DNA from: Bacteroidota bacterium
Lineage (GTDB): Bacteria; Bacteroidota; Bacteroidia; Chitinophagales; Saprospiraceae
Assembly (NCBI GenBank): GCA_041192405.1
Contig: JBEEMZ010000002.1
Location: 1,815-65,814, forward strand
Direction of reading: 5' to 3'
Length of the DNA: 64,000 nucleotides
Part shown: piece by piece, positions 1 through 10,408 of the stretch
Layout: every line of letters starts with the position of its first letter
How positions within the stretch are numbered: position 1 is the first letter of the stretch
Made by a program: the position numbers and the translations under genes
The notes under the pieces: generated by a model
What the model was told of the DNA's origin: nothing
The model's input: the letters and a program-made list of their open reading frames with translations, nothing else
The model's database searches: none

Positions 1-959
1 CGAAAACCTTCTTCAAACGTAATCGAAGGTGTCCACCCCAATTCATCCCGCAATTTAGACGCATCTATCGCATATCTACGGTCATGTCCAGGTCTATCTT
101 TGACAAAAGTGATGAGTTTGCGGGAAGTGCCTTGCGATTTACCCAATTTTTCGTCCATAATATCACATAATTTTTCTACCAAATCAATATTTTTCCACTC
201 ATTATTGCCACCTATATTATAGGTTTCGCCATCTTTCCCTTTGTGGAAAATCACATCAATCGCAGCCGCATGATCTTTTACCCAAAGCCAATCCCGCGAA
301 TATTTGCCATCGCCATAAATAGGCAATGATTTTTGATGTGTAATGTTATTGATAATCAATGGAATAAGCTTTTCTGGAAAATGATTGGGTCCATAATTGT
401 TGGAACAATTGGACAAAACCACTGGCAAATCATAAGTGTGATGATACGCCCGCACAAAATGATCACTCGCCGCTTTAGACGCGGAATAAGGCGAACGCGG
501 GTCATAAGCAGTCGTTTCCGTGAATAAACCTTCGTCGCCCAAACTGCCATAAACTTCATCGGTCGAGACATGGTAAAAACGGCAACCTTCCTGCCCACGC
601 CAAACTGCCCGTGCCGCATTCAATAAATTCACCGTGCCAATGACATTGGTTTCAATAAATTCCATTGGGTTTTCGATAGAACGATCTACATGTGATTCCG
701 CAGCCAAATGTATAACTCCTTGAAAACGATAGGATTCAAACAAGTCTTTCAAAAATAAAGCATCTCGAATATTGCCTTTAATGAAAGTGTAGTTCGCCTC
801 TTTTTCAATATCGCGCAAATTTTCTAAATTGCCCGCGTATGTCAATGTGTCTAAATTGACAATCCGATATTGTGGATATTTATGCACAAACAGGCGGACG
901 ACGTGCGAACCAATAAAACCCGCACCGCCTGTAATTAAAATTGTTTTTTTGTACCTCAT
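1..959 (-). CDS. rfbB: dTDP-glucose 4,6-dehydratase, C-terminus cut by window edge
   Basis: Own translation of the minus strand from the ATG at 957-959: MRYKKTILITGGAGFIGSHVVRLF...HLAAESHVDRS...YHVSTDEVYG...YSASKAASDHF...RPGHDRRYAID. It has the Rossmann GxxGxxG and SDR YxxxK motifs. The frame is open to position 1. It is absent from the ORF track because no stop lies in the window. Confidence 0.9.
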   Translation of the reverse strand, partial: MRYKKTILITGGAGFIGSHVVRLFVHKYPQYRIVNLDTLTYAGNLENLRDIEKEANYTFIKGNIRDALFLKDLFESYRFQGVIHLAAESHVDRSIENPMEFIETNVIGTVNLLNAARAVWRGQEGCRFYHVSTDEVYGSLGDEGLFTETTAYDPRSPYSASKAASDHFVRAYHHTYDLPVVLSNCSNNYGPNHFPEKLIPLIINNITHQKSLPIYGDGKYSRDWLWVKDHAAAIDVIFHKGKDGETYNIGGNNEWKNIDLVEKLCDIMDEKLGKSQGTSRKLITFVKDRPGHDRRYAIDASKLRDELGWTPSITFEEGF

Positions 960-1086
960 GGTTGATTTTATTAGAAACGCAACTATAAAACAAATTTAGA
1001 AAAATGTGACTGGGCTGCAAATACACAGGTATATAGGAGACATAGCTCTTGAAATCTATGCCTCCGATGTACCTATATGTTTGCAA

Positions 1087-2046
1087 TTAGAGAACCAATG
1101 TTTCAACAGGTTTGACTACTTTTTTGAAGTATTCATAGGTCAATGCCAACCCTTTTTCTCGATTATACTTCGGCTCCCAACCTAATATATTTCGCGCTTT
1201 TGTAATATCTGGTTGGCGTTGTTTCGGGTCATCAATCGGCAATGGACGGTAATCAATATGCGCTTTTGGATTATTGACCAATGCCAAAATCTCTTTCGCA
1301 AACTGCATTACGGTAATCTCATTAGGATTTCCTATATTCATAGGCAAATGATAATCACTCAATAACAAGCGATAAATGCCTTCTACCAAATCATCCACAT
1401 AACAGAAAGACCGTGTTTGAGAGCCATCTCCGAAAATGGTCAAGCCTTCTCCACGAATCGCTTGTGAGAAAAAAGCAGGTAATACACGACCATCATTGAC
1501 CCGCATTCTCGGTCCGTAAGTATTAAAAATACGGATAATGCGTGTTTCCAAACCGTGATACGTATGATAAGCCATTGTAATCGCTTCTTGAAAGCGTTTT
1601 GCTTCATCATACACGCCGCGCGGTCCGACAGGATTCACATTACCCCAATATTCTTCCACTTGCGGATGCACTAACGGGTCGCCGTACACTTCGGAAGTAG
1701 AAGCAATCATAAAACGCGCCCCTTTCGACATCGCCAATCCCAACAAATTGTGTGTACCGAGTGAACCCACTTTTAGGGTCTGAATCGGCATTTGCAAGTA
1801 ATCAATCGGACTTGCGGGCGATGCAAAATGCAAAATATAATCCAATTGTCCCGCAACGTGCACAAATTTAGACACATCGTGGTGATGAAATTCAAAACGC
1901 TTTAAAGGAAACAGGTGTTCGATATTTGCCAAATCGCCTGTTATCAAATTATCCATGCCTATCACATGATAACCTTCGGCTAAGAAACGGTCACATAAGT
2001 GTGAACCCAAAAAACCAGCTGCGCCAGTGATTAAAATCCTTTTCAT
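1087..2046 (-). CDS. UDP-glucuronate decarboxylase (UDP-xylose synthase)-like extended SDR
   Basis: 319-aa ORF. N-terminal [10 protein letters not shown] Rossmann motif, [15 protein letters not shown] catalytic motif, and DDLVEG...MNIGNP typical of the UXS family. A possible minus-strand -7 box (caaagata on the plus strand) lies near 2117-2124. Confidence 0.85.
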   Translation of the reverse strand: MKRILITGAAGFLGSHLCDRFLAEGYHVIGMDNLITGDLANIEHLFPLKRFEFHHHDVSKFVHVAGQLDYILHFASPASPIDYLQMPIQTLKVGSLGTHNLLGLAMSKGARFMIASTSEVYGDPLVHPQVEEYWGNVNPVGPRGVYDEAKRFQEAITMAYHTYHGLETRIIRIFNTYGPRMRVNDGRVLPAFFSQAIRGEGLTIFGDGSQTRSFCYVDDLVEGIYRLLLSDYHLPMNIGNPNEITVMQFAKEILALVNNPKAHIDYRPLPIDDPKQRQPDITKARNILGWEPKYNREKGLALTYEYFKKVVKPVETLVL

Positions 2047-2267
2047 TTGCTATATTTTTTTAATGTTATACTCAACGTATGCCCCGATTTAGAAAACGGT
2101 TTTGATTATGCGGCAAAGATACAATTGCTTTTTGCAAAAAGCTATCCTTTTGTGACAAACTTTTCATATTTTTGCCCAAAATTACATGTCTTAAAGTATT
2201 TTAGGCTTGTTTTATGGCAATTTTCGGTCAAAAATACCATTCATAAGTTAGAACCTTTTGATTCAAA

Positions 2268-3143
2268 ATGAAAAAATTATCCTTTTATAAGCGTATAAAC
2301 GTAAATTCGCAATCCGCGTCCAGGGTGCTCACAAGTAAGATTTGTGGAAAAGGTTGCGCCGCCAAAAGGGGGCAGAGCACTGAAAAATTTTTATCTTCCA
2401 CAACCCTTATTTGGATTTTCTTTGCCTATTGTGCTACCTTGAATGCACAACAGATTCCAAATTTTCCCAATTCGTTATTCCTGAATGTGTCTGTTGCTGC
2501 TCAGATGCCTGCGGGTGACTTAACAAATCGGTTTGGTTTTAGCATGGGTACAGGTACGGGTGTGGAGTACTATTGGGCAAATAAAAATTTAATTATTGGC
2601 ACAGAAGCCTATTATTTATTTGGTCAAACCGTCAAAGAAGACGTTTTAGCCTTTGCGCGGACGGCAGAAGGTGAAATTCTCGGCGATATTGGTAGTTATG
2701 CACAAGTAGATTTGCGGCAACGTGGGTTTTATTGGGGCGGGCATATCGGACGTTTTTTTAAAACAAATCAAGGCGGCAATCAAATAGGTGGTTTGCGCGT
2801 GACGCTTGGTGGCGGCTTTTTGCAACATTATATTCGCATTCAAGATAATCAAAATGTGAGCATTGCTCAATTAGCGGGTGCGTATCGGGCGGGTTACGAC
2901 CGTTTAACAAATGGATTTGCTTTAAATCAATTCATTGGATGGCAAGTTTTGAGTCGAAATAAACGCATTAATTTTCATATTGGGTTAGAATTAACAGAAG
3001 GTTTTACTAAAAATCGGCGCGGATTTAATTTTGATACAGGCTTACGCGATGATAAAAATCGGTTAGATATGTTGTATGCGTTAAAATTGGGTTGGATGTT
3101 GCCTTTTTGGAGTGCGCAAAAAGCCTCTGAAATTGAATATTGA
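2268..3143 (+). CDS. hypothetical secreted / outer-membrane-like protein (start uncertain)
   Basis: 291-aa ORF with a hydrophobic signal-like segment (LIWIFFAYCATLNAQQ) preceded by an unusually long ~45-aa N-region. The body is Gly/aromatic-rich and ends in an aromatic residue, as in beta-barrel proteins. No family recognised. Confidence 0.5.
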   Translation: MKKLSFYKRINVNSQSASRVLTSKICGKGCAAKRGQSTEKFLSSTTLIWIFFAYCATLNAQQIPNFPNSLFLNVSVAAQMPAGDLTNRFGFSMGTGTGVEYYWANKNLIIGTEAYYLFGQTVKEDVLAFARTAEGEILGDIGSYAQVDLRQRGFYWGGHIGRFFKTNQGGNQIGGLRVTLGGGFLQHYIRIQDNQNVSIAQLAGAYRAGYDRLTNGFALNQFIGWQVLSRNKRINFHIGLELTEGFTKNRRGFNFDTGLRDDKNRLDMLYALKLGWMLPFWSAQKASEIEY

Positions 3144-3313
3144 ATCATTTGAATTAGGATTTTTTATAGGCTTGATTATCAAAGATTTATGAAATTTACA
3201 CTTATAAATCATTGATAATCAAATTTATATATCTAAAAAAGTTTAATTATAAAATCACTATAAATATATATTTTTATAATAACTAAAAAAGCACTCATAT
3301 TTACGAAATTCTT

Positions 3314-3460
3314 ACACTACTGAGTTGTTAAAGTTGTAATATGTTTTTTCCGCAGATTTTCGCAGCAAAAGAGTCCAAAAGAAAAGCTGCGCAATCTGCG
3401 GGAAAAAATAGATTGATAATCCATTATTTACATCTTAAATCTTTAACAACTCAGTAGTGT
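3314..3460. repeat. nested composite palindrome (~147 bp)
   Basis: Outer 20-bp arms acactactgagttgttaaag (3314-3333) and ctttaacaactcagtagtgt (3441-3460) enclose an inner imperfect inverted repeat, ttttttccgcagatt..gcagc / gctgcgcaatctgcgggaaaaaa. Confidence 0.85.
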
Positions 3461-3522
3461 ACACCTTTATAAACTTTTTTTGAAAAAATTTTGTTTGTTC
3501 GATTCACTGAGCAACTATAACT

Positions 3523-4785
3523 ATGATTTTTTTATACAATTTCGGAATTTATTTTTATCGTTTTGGCATTTGGATAGCGTCTTTTTTCAATGCGAAAGCG
3601 CGTCTATGGATAAGAGGGCGACAATCTTTATTTGAAACAATTGAAAATCAATGGTTTATAAAGAAAAATAAAACCAGCAAAATCGTTTGGATACACGTTG
3701 CATCACTCGGCGAGTTTGAACAAGGGCGACCGTTAATAGAGCAATTGAAAAACAATTATCCCGAAAAATATCAAATTGTTTTAAGTTTTTTTTCGCCTTC
3801 TGGTTACGAATTGCGGAAAAATGATGCGTTGGCAGATTTCGTAACGTACATGCCTTTGGATACTGCAATGAATGCAAAACGTTTTTTAAACGCGATTCAA
3901 CCCGATATAGTGGTTTTTGTCAAATATGAATTTTGGTTCCATCATTTAAAAGAGTTAAAAAATCGGCAGATTCCAACCATTTTAATTGCAGCTGTTTTCC
4001 GTCCAGACCAAATATTCTTTCGTTGGTATGGTAACTTTTTTAAACAATTGTTGACAAATCATTATTTTAATCAAATTTTTGTTCAAAATGAGGATTCATT
4101 AAAATTATTACAAGACATTGGTTGTCAACAAGTTGCGTTAGCGGGCGATACGCGTATTGACCGCGTAACCGCAATCGCCGCAGCCGCTAAAACATTTCCA
4201 TTGATTCAACAATTCGTTGGAAATGATAACGCATTGGTTTGTGGCAGCACTTGGGAAGCCGATGAAACGTTGATTTTCAATTGGTTCCAAAAGATTGGTT
4301 CTACCGTTTTTAAAAAAATTATTATTGCACCACATGAAATTGGCAAATCTCCTATTCAACAATTGCAAAAACGGTTGCCCAATCAAACGGTTTTATATTC
4401 TCAACTAATTGATAATCAATCTATTGATAATGCAACCATTTTGATTATTGATAATATTGGAATGCTTTCCGCGCTGTATCGGTATGGGAAAATTGCGTAT
4501 ATTGGGGGTGGTTTTGGAACGGGGATTCATAATATTTTAGAACCCGCAGCGTTTGGATTGCCGATTTTGTTTGGCACGAAATATCAAAAATTTGTGGAAG
4601 CAAATGCTCTAATTGCAACAGAAGGTGCCTTTTCGGTTCAAAATATTGAACAATTGGCTCAAAAAATGGCTTTCTTAGAAAATTTAGATCATTGGACAAG
4701 TACATCGGCTGTTGTCAAACAATATGTTGATAAAAATCGAGGTGCGACGCTTTTAGTTACGGATTATATTGAAACTTATTTATAA
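3523..4785 (+). CDS. waaA: 3-deoxy-D-manno-octulosonic acid (Kdo) transferase
   Basis: 420-aa ORF. WIHVASLGEFEQGRPLIEQLK and SFFSPSGYE are hallmark KdtA/WaaA N-domain motifs. The length is typical. Confidence 0.88.
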   Translation: MIFLYNFGIYFYRFGIWIASFFNAKARLWIRGRQSLFETIENQWFIKKNKTSKIVWIHVASLGEFEQGRPLIEQLKNNYPEKYQIVLSFFSPSGYELRKNDALADFVTYMPLDTAMNAKRFLNAIQPDIVVFVKYEFWFHHLKELKNRQIPTILIAAVFRPDQIFFRWYGNFFKQLLTNHYFNQIFVQNEDSLKLLQDIGCQQVALAGDTRIDRVTAIAAAAKTFPLIQQFVGNDNALVCGSTWEADETLIFNWFQKIGSTVFKKIIIAPHEIGKSPIQQLQKRLPNQTVLYSQLIDNQSIDNATILIIDNIGMLSALYRYGKIAYIGGGFGTGIHNILEPAAFGLPILFGTKYQKFVEANALIATEGAFSVQNIEQLAQKMAFLENLDHWTSTSAVVKQYVDKNRGATLLVTDYIETYL

Positions 4786-4815
4786 AATTTATAAATCATT
4801 GATTTTCAAACATAT

Positions 4816-5793
4816 ATGTGGAAATCTTTTGAATCTGTTCGTGTGCTCATCATTGGCGATGTCATGATTGACCGCTATTTACATGGGCATGTGCGACGCA
4901 TTTCGCCCGAAGCCCCTGTCCCTGTCGTCGAATTGTCCGAAACAGAAGACCGTCTTGGCGGCGCGGGCAATGTGGCTTTGAATATCAAGGCATTAGGCGC
5001 GACTCCGTATCTTTGTTCCGTGATTGGCAAAGGTGCAGAAGGGAGTGCGCTGTTTCAACTCATGTCACAAAATAATCTTTCAACAAAAGGAATTATCACC
5101 ACAGAACATCGCAAAACAACCGTTAAAACCAGAATTATTGCGGGTTCACAACAAATGTTGCGCATTGATGAGGAAACGCTTTCGGATTTAAATGAGGCGG
5201 AACAACAAGATTTGCTCACTCGTATTCGTTCTTTTTTAGATACGAACAAAATAGATGTTATCCTTTTTCAAGACTATAATAAAGGTGTATTGACGTTGAA
5301 ATTGATTCAAGATGTTTTAAAAGAGGCATTAATTCGAGCCATTCCGACTTGCGTGGATCCAAAACATAAGCATTTTCTCGAATATAAACAATGTACATTG
5401 TTCAAACCCAATTTAAAAGAAATCAAAGAGGCTTTGCCTTTAAAAATTGAACCGACCTTAAAATCTTTGTCGGATGCAGCCGATTATTTGCGTGATATGA
5501 TTAAAAATCGTTATACAATGATTACCTTATCCGAAAAAGGTTTGTTCATACATGATGGAAAACAAGGCTATTTAATACCGACGCGTCCACGCCGTATTGC
5601 GGATGTGAGTGGTGCGGGCGATACGGTGATTGCGATGGCATCGGTCGCGCTGGCAACAGGAGTAGATTTGAAAACGATTGCTCAATGGTGTAATTTAGCG
5701 GGTGGCATTGTGTGCGAATCGCCTGGCGTTGTGCCGATTGATAAACTTCGATTGATCGAAGAGTGGACTGAAGAAATGATGAATGATGAATGA
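4816..5793 (+). CDS. PfkB-family sugar kinase, D-glycero-beta-D-manno-heptose-7-phosphate kinase (RfaE domain I)-like
   Basis: 325-aa ORF. VLIIGDVMIDRY..G.V.RISPEAPVPV and the C-terminal DVSGAGDT anion-hole motif match the RfaE/HldE kinase domain. It lies next to waaA. Confidence 0.8.
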   Translation: MWKSFESVRVLIIGDVMIDRYLHGHVRRISPEAPVPVVELSETEDRLGGAGNVALNIKALGATPYLCSVIGKGAEGSALFQLMSQNNLSTKGIITTEHRKTTVKTRIIAGSQQMLRIDEETLSDLNEAEQQDLLTRIRSFLDTNKIDVILFQDYNKGVLTLKLIQDVLKEALIRAIPTCVDPKHKHFLEYKQCTLFKPNLKEIKEALPLKIEPTLKSLSDAADYLRDMIKNRYTMITLSEKGLFIHDGKQGYLIPTRPRRIADVSGAGDTVIAMASVALATGVDLKTIAQWCNLAGGIVCESPGVVPIDKLRLIEEWTEEMMNDE

Positions 5794-5855
5794 TGAATTT
5801 TATAAAAAATTGATAATCAATTTTTTATAAAATTCATCATTCATCATTTATCATT
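5776..5855. repeat. long palindrome of the 'gaatgatgaat' family; probable bidirectional terminator
   Basis: atgatgaatgatgaatgatgaattttataaaaaattgataatcaattttttataaaattcatcattcatcatttatcat. It is centred on TTGATAATCAA (5810-5820), lies between convergent genes, and its left arm overlaps the last codons of the kinase gene. Confidence 0.85.
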
Positions 5856-7842
5856 ATTTCACAATCGTTAATTTTTTGGTGCGCATCCCGTCAGGCGTTA
5901 GGAATTGCAATAAGTAGGTGCCATTTTGTAATTCGTGCACATCCACCTTCAAGATTTCTTTTTGGACATTTGAGAAAATTTGTTCTGTGACCAATTGTCC
6001 CGTTGTCGTTAAAATTCGGACTGCTGCCGCACTCGCTTTTGGCAAATCTACTGCCAAAGACACAACATCTAATGCAGGATTTGGATAGATTTCAATTTTA
6101 TTGTCAACCGTCAATTCATCCGTTTTGATGCGGAATGGCACCACATTTAAACGCACCACAGGCACTGCGCTAAATGCCTGACCCGAAAAGGTGCCGAAAT
6201 CCCATGGAACGCTATTACTTTTGCCCAAAATCGGTCCGTAACGGCGACGATATCCCGATACACCCGACCGATATAAAGAATCGGTTAAAAAAATCAATGC
6301 CGAATAATCATTGTCATCCACACTAAATGCAGGATAAATGGCAGGATAAGCAACACTTGTTGGCTCATATTCCAACATTGCCAAATATTGTGTGGTATCA
6401 TTCGGGTAAAACCATCTTTGCGTATTCAAGTCGCGCAACGCAAAGGTGTAAGTTGTGGGCGTGGTTGGCGCGTTTGCGGGCACTATCAAATCTGCCACCG
6501 CCACTAAAACACGTTCGTCACTCTGAATACTCTCATCTTGATTGTTGTCATACCACTTGTACAGGCGCGCCCCTAACGTTTGCCCCGCAATACTATTTGG
6601 GTCGTCTAAACGAGCCGTCAAACTCGTCGCAGTCGTCCCCTTGCCCTTTGGCAAATAGTAATAATTTCCAACTGAAATAGATTTTAATTCCGTCGAAGGT
6701 CTATTTCCCAGCGTATAATATTGAATTGTGGAAGAAGCATCTTTTCTATAAATCGAATCGGATACAAAAAAACTAAAAATCTTCGTATTATTATAAGCAT
6801 TGTGATCCACACTATCGCTTTTGACTCTGTAAAAACCTGCATATTCACCCACCGCATTCCAAGCAGTGGCGGTCAATGTACCAGGCATAATTTTATTTTC
6901 AATCAATGCACCTGCCGTAACGTTACCATAACTCAATGAATCTTTATAAATTTCGGTCAGTGTCGGCGGATTCGTCGCTCGATCCACTTTGTAAATATTC
7001 AACATCGCTTTCGTATTAGGCATCGTTGTCGCGCCGTCATTCTTGATATCCAACATGAATTTCATGTTTTCAGTCTGGTTTTTAGGCGTGTAGTAACTCG
7101 GTGTAATGGTATAAAAAGGTGTTAATTGCAAATCATTTCTAATATTTAATAATTTGACATCATCCACTATCCAGAAATAATAGTCACCATTAAAAACAAA
7201 TTTAATTTTGAAGGTGGAAGTACCAACACTTCCTGCAAGTTTGATGGTTGCAACATCATCTTCAGGCGTAGAAGAAATCACTAAGGTATTCAATTGAATG
7301 AGGGGCTTCCAAGTCGCGCCATTATCCTCACTCCAAGTGATAGAGGTGCTCGCATCATAATTCTCAAAATACTGATTAAACTGTACACTTATATTGGAAT
7401 AACCTGTCGCATTGATAGTCGGCGAAATCAACTCGCCCGAATGCGGACTTGGCGAAACGCCCCCTCCGAAATTGCCTGCGGTGCCCCGATTATCCAAATA
7501 ATCCGAATCAAATATCGCCGCACCATTCGTAGCAGACGGCGAAAGGATGCGAAGTGTACCCGAATAACCGCCACGTGTTGCCATACCCCAGTTCCAAACC
7601 GAACTATCTTTTTTAGCGGCAACAGAGGAAGTTAATCCTTTGGTACTCCAACCCGTGTAACCTGCTGGCACCGTCGGCGTAGCAGGAGCCAACTTGAAAA
7701 TAGAACCTGCTCTATTAAATTGACTTGCATTAACCGTATTGGTATCCGAAGTAGGCCAAATTTGGGTTTGCGCTTGACCGCTTGCCAAAGTTAATGACAG
7801 TATTCCAATCATAGAATGCTGAATGAATTTCGTTTGCATCAT
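5854..7842 (-). CDS. T9SS-sorted secreted protein, paralog 1 of 3
   Basis: 662-aa ORF with a signal peptide (ILSLTLASGQAQTQ). The C-terminal ~80 aa (KIEIYPNPALDVVSLAVDL...GTYLLQFLTPDGMRTKKLTIVK) match the type A T9SS sorting domain pattern. It aligns along its whole length with the products of 8078-10066 and 10409-12379. Confidence 0.85.
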   Translation of the reverse strand: MMQTKFIQHSMIGILSLTLASGQAQTQIWPTSDTNTVNASQFNRAGSIFKLAPATPTVPAGYTGWSTKGLTSSVAAKKDSSVWNWGMATRGGYSGTLRILSPSATNGAAIFDSDYLDNRGTAGNFGGGVSPSPHSGELISPTINATGYSNISVQFNQYFENYDASTSITWSEDNGATWKPLIQLNTLVISSTPEDDVATIKLAGSVGTSTFKIKFVFNGDYYFWIVDDVKLLNIRNDLQLTPFYTITPSYYTPKNQTENMKFMLDIKNDGATTMPNTKAMLNIYKVDRATNPPTLTEIYKDSLSYGNVTAGALIENKIMPGTLTATAWNAVGEYAGFYRVKSDSVDHNAYNNTKIFSFFVSDSIYRKDASSTIQYYTLGNRPSTELKSISVGNYYYLPKGKGTTATSLTARLDDPNSIAGQTLGARLYKWYDNNQDESIQSDERVLVAVADLIVPANAPTTPTTYTFALRDLNTQRWFYPNDTTQYLAMLEYEPTSVAYPAIYPAFSVDDNDYSALIFLTDSLYRSGVSGYRRRYGPILGKSNSVPWDFGTFSGQAFSAVPVVRLNVVPFRIKTDELTVDNKIEIYPNPALDVVSLAVDLPKASAAAVRILTTTGQLVTEQIFSNVQKEILKVDVHELQNGTYLLQFLTPDGMRTKKLTIVK

Positions 7843-7981
7843 TTTTAGGATACGCTTAAATGTGATTTAATTAAATAAGTAAATGAAAATAATTTATAAA
7901 TCATTAACCTTGAACTTTCAAGAGTAACGTTAATGATGAATTTTATCTTTAAGGAAAACATCCTTTTGAATCAAAAAAAAA

Positions 7982-8006
7982 TGTATCAATTGCTACAATT
8001 GACACA
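7982..8006. terminator. hairpin downstream of paralog 2 (gtcaatt..aattgac type)
   Basis: tgtatcaattg cta caattgacaca: 11-bp arms with 1 mismatch. Related to the hairpin at 46981-47011. Confidence 0.5.
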
Positions 8007-8077
8007 TTTTTCAAAGGATAATTATCTTATAACAAATTGATTATCATTTCTTTATGAAAAGGATAATCCGATTTACA

Positions 8078-10066
8078 TTACTTTACAATCGTTAATTTTT
8101 TAGTACGCATGCCATCAGGTGTAAGGAACTGCAATAGATAGGTACCACTTGCTAATTCACTCACATCTATGCTCAATTGCTCTTTTTGAACATTAGAATA
8201 AATGGTTTCAGCAACGATATTACCAGTTGTCGTCATAATCCGCACTGCTGCTGCACTTGCTTTTGGCAAATCTACCGCCAAAGTCACCACATCCATTGCA
8301 GGATTTGGATATAATTCTAATTTATTATCAACTGCCAATTCATCGTTTTTCACACGGAAAGGCATTATCGTCAACCGAACAACAGGGATTGCGCTATAGG
8401 CTTGACCCGTAAAGGTAGCTGTACTCCATTCCACAGAACTACTTTTACCCAAAATAGGACCGAAACGCGGTTTGAAACCTGTTACACCCGTCCGATACAA
8501 CGAATCCGTCAAAAACACATTTGCTGCATAATCATTATTATTCACACTAAAACCAGGATAAATCGCTGGATCGGTTGCCGCAGTCGGCTCATATTCCAAA
8601 GTTGCCAAATATTGTGTGGTATCATTTGCGTAAAACCATTTTTGAGTATTCAAATCACGCAAAGGGAAGTTATAGGTTGTAGAAGCAGTAGGCGAACCCG
8701 CAGGTAAAATACTATCTGCCACTGCTACCAATACTCTCTCATCGGGTTGAATCAATTCATCTGCATTAAGATCCGTCCATGTGTACAAACGAGCACCTAA
8801 TGTCTTGCCAATCAATGTATTAGGACTTGAAATCCGTGCTGCTAAGGTTGTAATCGTTGTGCCTTTACCTTTTGGTAAATAGTAGTAATTACCCACAACT
8901 AACGGTTTCAAATCGGTTGCAGCTCTACCGCCTAATGTATAATATTTGAGCCCATTATTGGCATCTTTTTGATAAGCTGTATCATTTACAAAAAACGTAA
9001 ATGTATTTAAGTTGTTCGTTGTATTGTGGTCTGCAAGGTCACTCGAAATCGTGTAATTGCCTTGATATTCACCCACCGTTTGATACGCGGTAGCTAAAAA
9101 AGTACCAGGTAATATTTTATTTTCAATCAATGCGCCCACTGCGACCGTGCCATAAGACAAGGAATCTTTGTAAATAGAAGTATAAGTTGGCGGCGTTACC
9201 GTTCTATCCACCCGACCGATATCTAATTTCACTTTGGTATTCGGCATAGCGACACGACCTACGTTGCGAATATCCAACATGAATTTCATATTTTCAGTTT
9301 GATTTTTAGGCGTAATGTAACTTGGTGCTATGCTGAAAAACGGATCCAATTGCAAATCTTGCGAAATATCCAATAATTGAACATCATCTACCAACCACCA
9401 ATAGTAATAGCCTTCATAAACCAATTTGATTTTAAATTTGGAAGTACCCACACTACCCACCAATTTTGTCACTACAACAGCATTGGAAGCAGTAATACTT
9501 GAAACCTTAGTATTAATTTGAACTCGTGGTTTCCAAGTGCGTCCACTATCTTCACTCCAAGTAATATAGGTTTTAGCATTAAAGTTATAGTAATATTGGT
9601 TAAACTTAACACTTATATCGGTATAACCCGTTGCATTTATAATTGGCGAAACTAACTCTCCTGAGTGCATCGCTGCACTAGTACTCGGAGCTTGTCCTGT
9701 ACCAACACTTACACCTCGGTTATCCAAAAAGTCAGAATCAAAACAAGCAGCACCATTTGCAACTGTCGGCGAAACAATACGGCCACCAGAGGCAATAAAA
9801 CCTTTTGTTGTAGTAGCCCAAGACCATAAAGCACTGTCTTTTTTAGCCGCAACCGAAGATAAAAGTCCTCTCGTTGACCAACCTGTATGCGTAGGCGGCA
9901 CAGAATCGGTTCCAAAAACAGGTAGAATAGAAGTCGCACGGTTAAATTGGCTGGCATTAATGGTATTGGTATCGGCAGTGGGCCAAATAAACGTTTGTGC
10001 GTGCGCGTTCGCCAAACCCAATACGAATGCAAGAGCAACATTGATTTTAGTAAAATTTTTTTTCAT
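8078..10066 (-). CDS. T9SS-sorted secreted protein, paralog 2 of 3
   Basis: The ORF track gives 8078-10078 with a GTG start. The ATG at 10064-10066 (MKKNFTKINVALAFVLGLANAHAQ) is the more likely start. The C-terminal sorting domain is nearly identical to paralog 1 (…GTYLLQFLTPDGMRTKKLTIVK). Confidence 0.85.
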   Translation of the reverse strand: MKKNFTKINVALAFVLGLANAHAQTFIWPTADTNTINASQFNRATSILPVFGTDSVPPTHTGWSTRGLLSSVAAKKDSALWSWATTTKGFIASGGRIVSPTVANGAACFDSDFLDNRGVSVGTGQAPSTSAAMHSGELVSPIINATGYTDISVKFNQYYYNFNAKTYITWSEDSGRTWKPRVQINTKVSSITASNAVVVTKLVGSVGTSKFKIKLVYEGYYYWWLVDDVQLLDISQDLQLDPFFSIAPSYITPKNQTENMKFMLDIRNVGRVAMPNTKVKLDIGRVDRTVTPPTYTSIYKDSLSYGTVAVGALIENKILPGTFLATAYQTVGEYQGNYTISSDLADHNTTNNLNTFTFFVNDTAYQKDANNGLKYYTLGGRAATDLKPLVVGNYYYLPKGKGTTITTLAARISSPNTLIGKTLGARLYTWTDLNADELIQPDERVLVAVADSILPAGSPTASTTYNFPLRDLNTQKWFYANDTTQYLATLEYEPTAATDPAIYPGFSVNNNDYAANVFLTDSLYRTGVTGFKPRFGPILGKSSSVEWSTATFTGQAYSAIPVVRLTIMPFRVKNDELAVDNKLELYPNPAMDVVTLAVDLPKASAAAVRIMTTTGNIVAETIYSNVQKEQLSIDVSELASGTYLLQFLTPDGMRTKKLTIVK

Positions 10067-10408
10067 GAATCTAAACACTTTGACAATTTAATAAATTTTA
10101 TTTAAAAATTTAGTTTTATTTAAAAAAATAAAATTTCTTATATTGTTTAGAAGGAACCTCAAGAGCAAATTTTATTTAACAAATGAGGTATTTCATGCAA
10201 AGATAACAATAATTTTATTTCTAAAAGATAATTTTATTTTTTTTTAGTTAAAAGATAAAAAAACACTCCAACACCGAAAGGCGTATTTTTTATGGCGCGG
10301 TTATTACTATCCTCACATTTAGCCATCTAAAATATTGCACAGGCATCCTCCTTGCAAAATTATTGTTAATTCACAACTTACAATTTCATTTCGTTCCTAA
10401 AAAATCTT

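Noticed and set aside
880-1086. 68-aa minus-strand ORF between the two SDR genes
   Set aside because: It overlaps the 5' end of rfbB in another frame and covers the short intergenic promoter region. It has no motifs.
5810-5820. TTGATAATCAA palindromes as Fur boxes
   Set aside because: They only partly resemble the 19-bp GATAATGATAATCATTATC consensus. They occur inside coding regions and at terminator centres rather than at promoters of iron genes.
6327-10041. Multiple 100-117-aa ORFs antisense to the T9SS paralogs (6327-6680, 7294-7635, 8402-8707, 9709-10041)
   Set aside because: They are nested antisense within long, mutually homologous sense ORFs. They are not conserved between the paralogs in their own frames.
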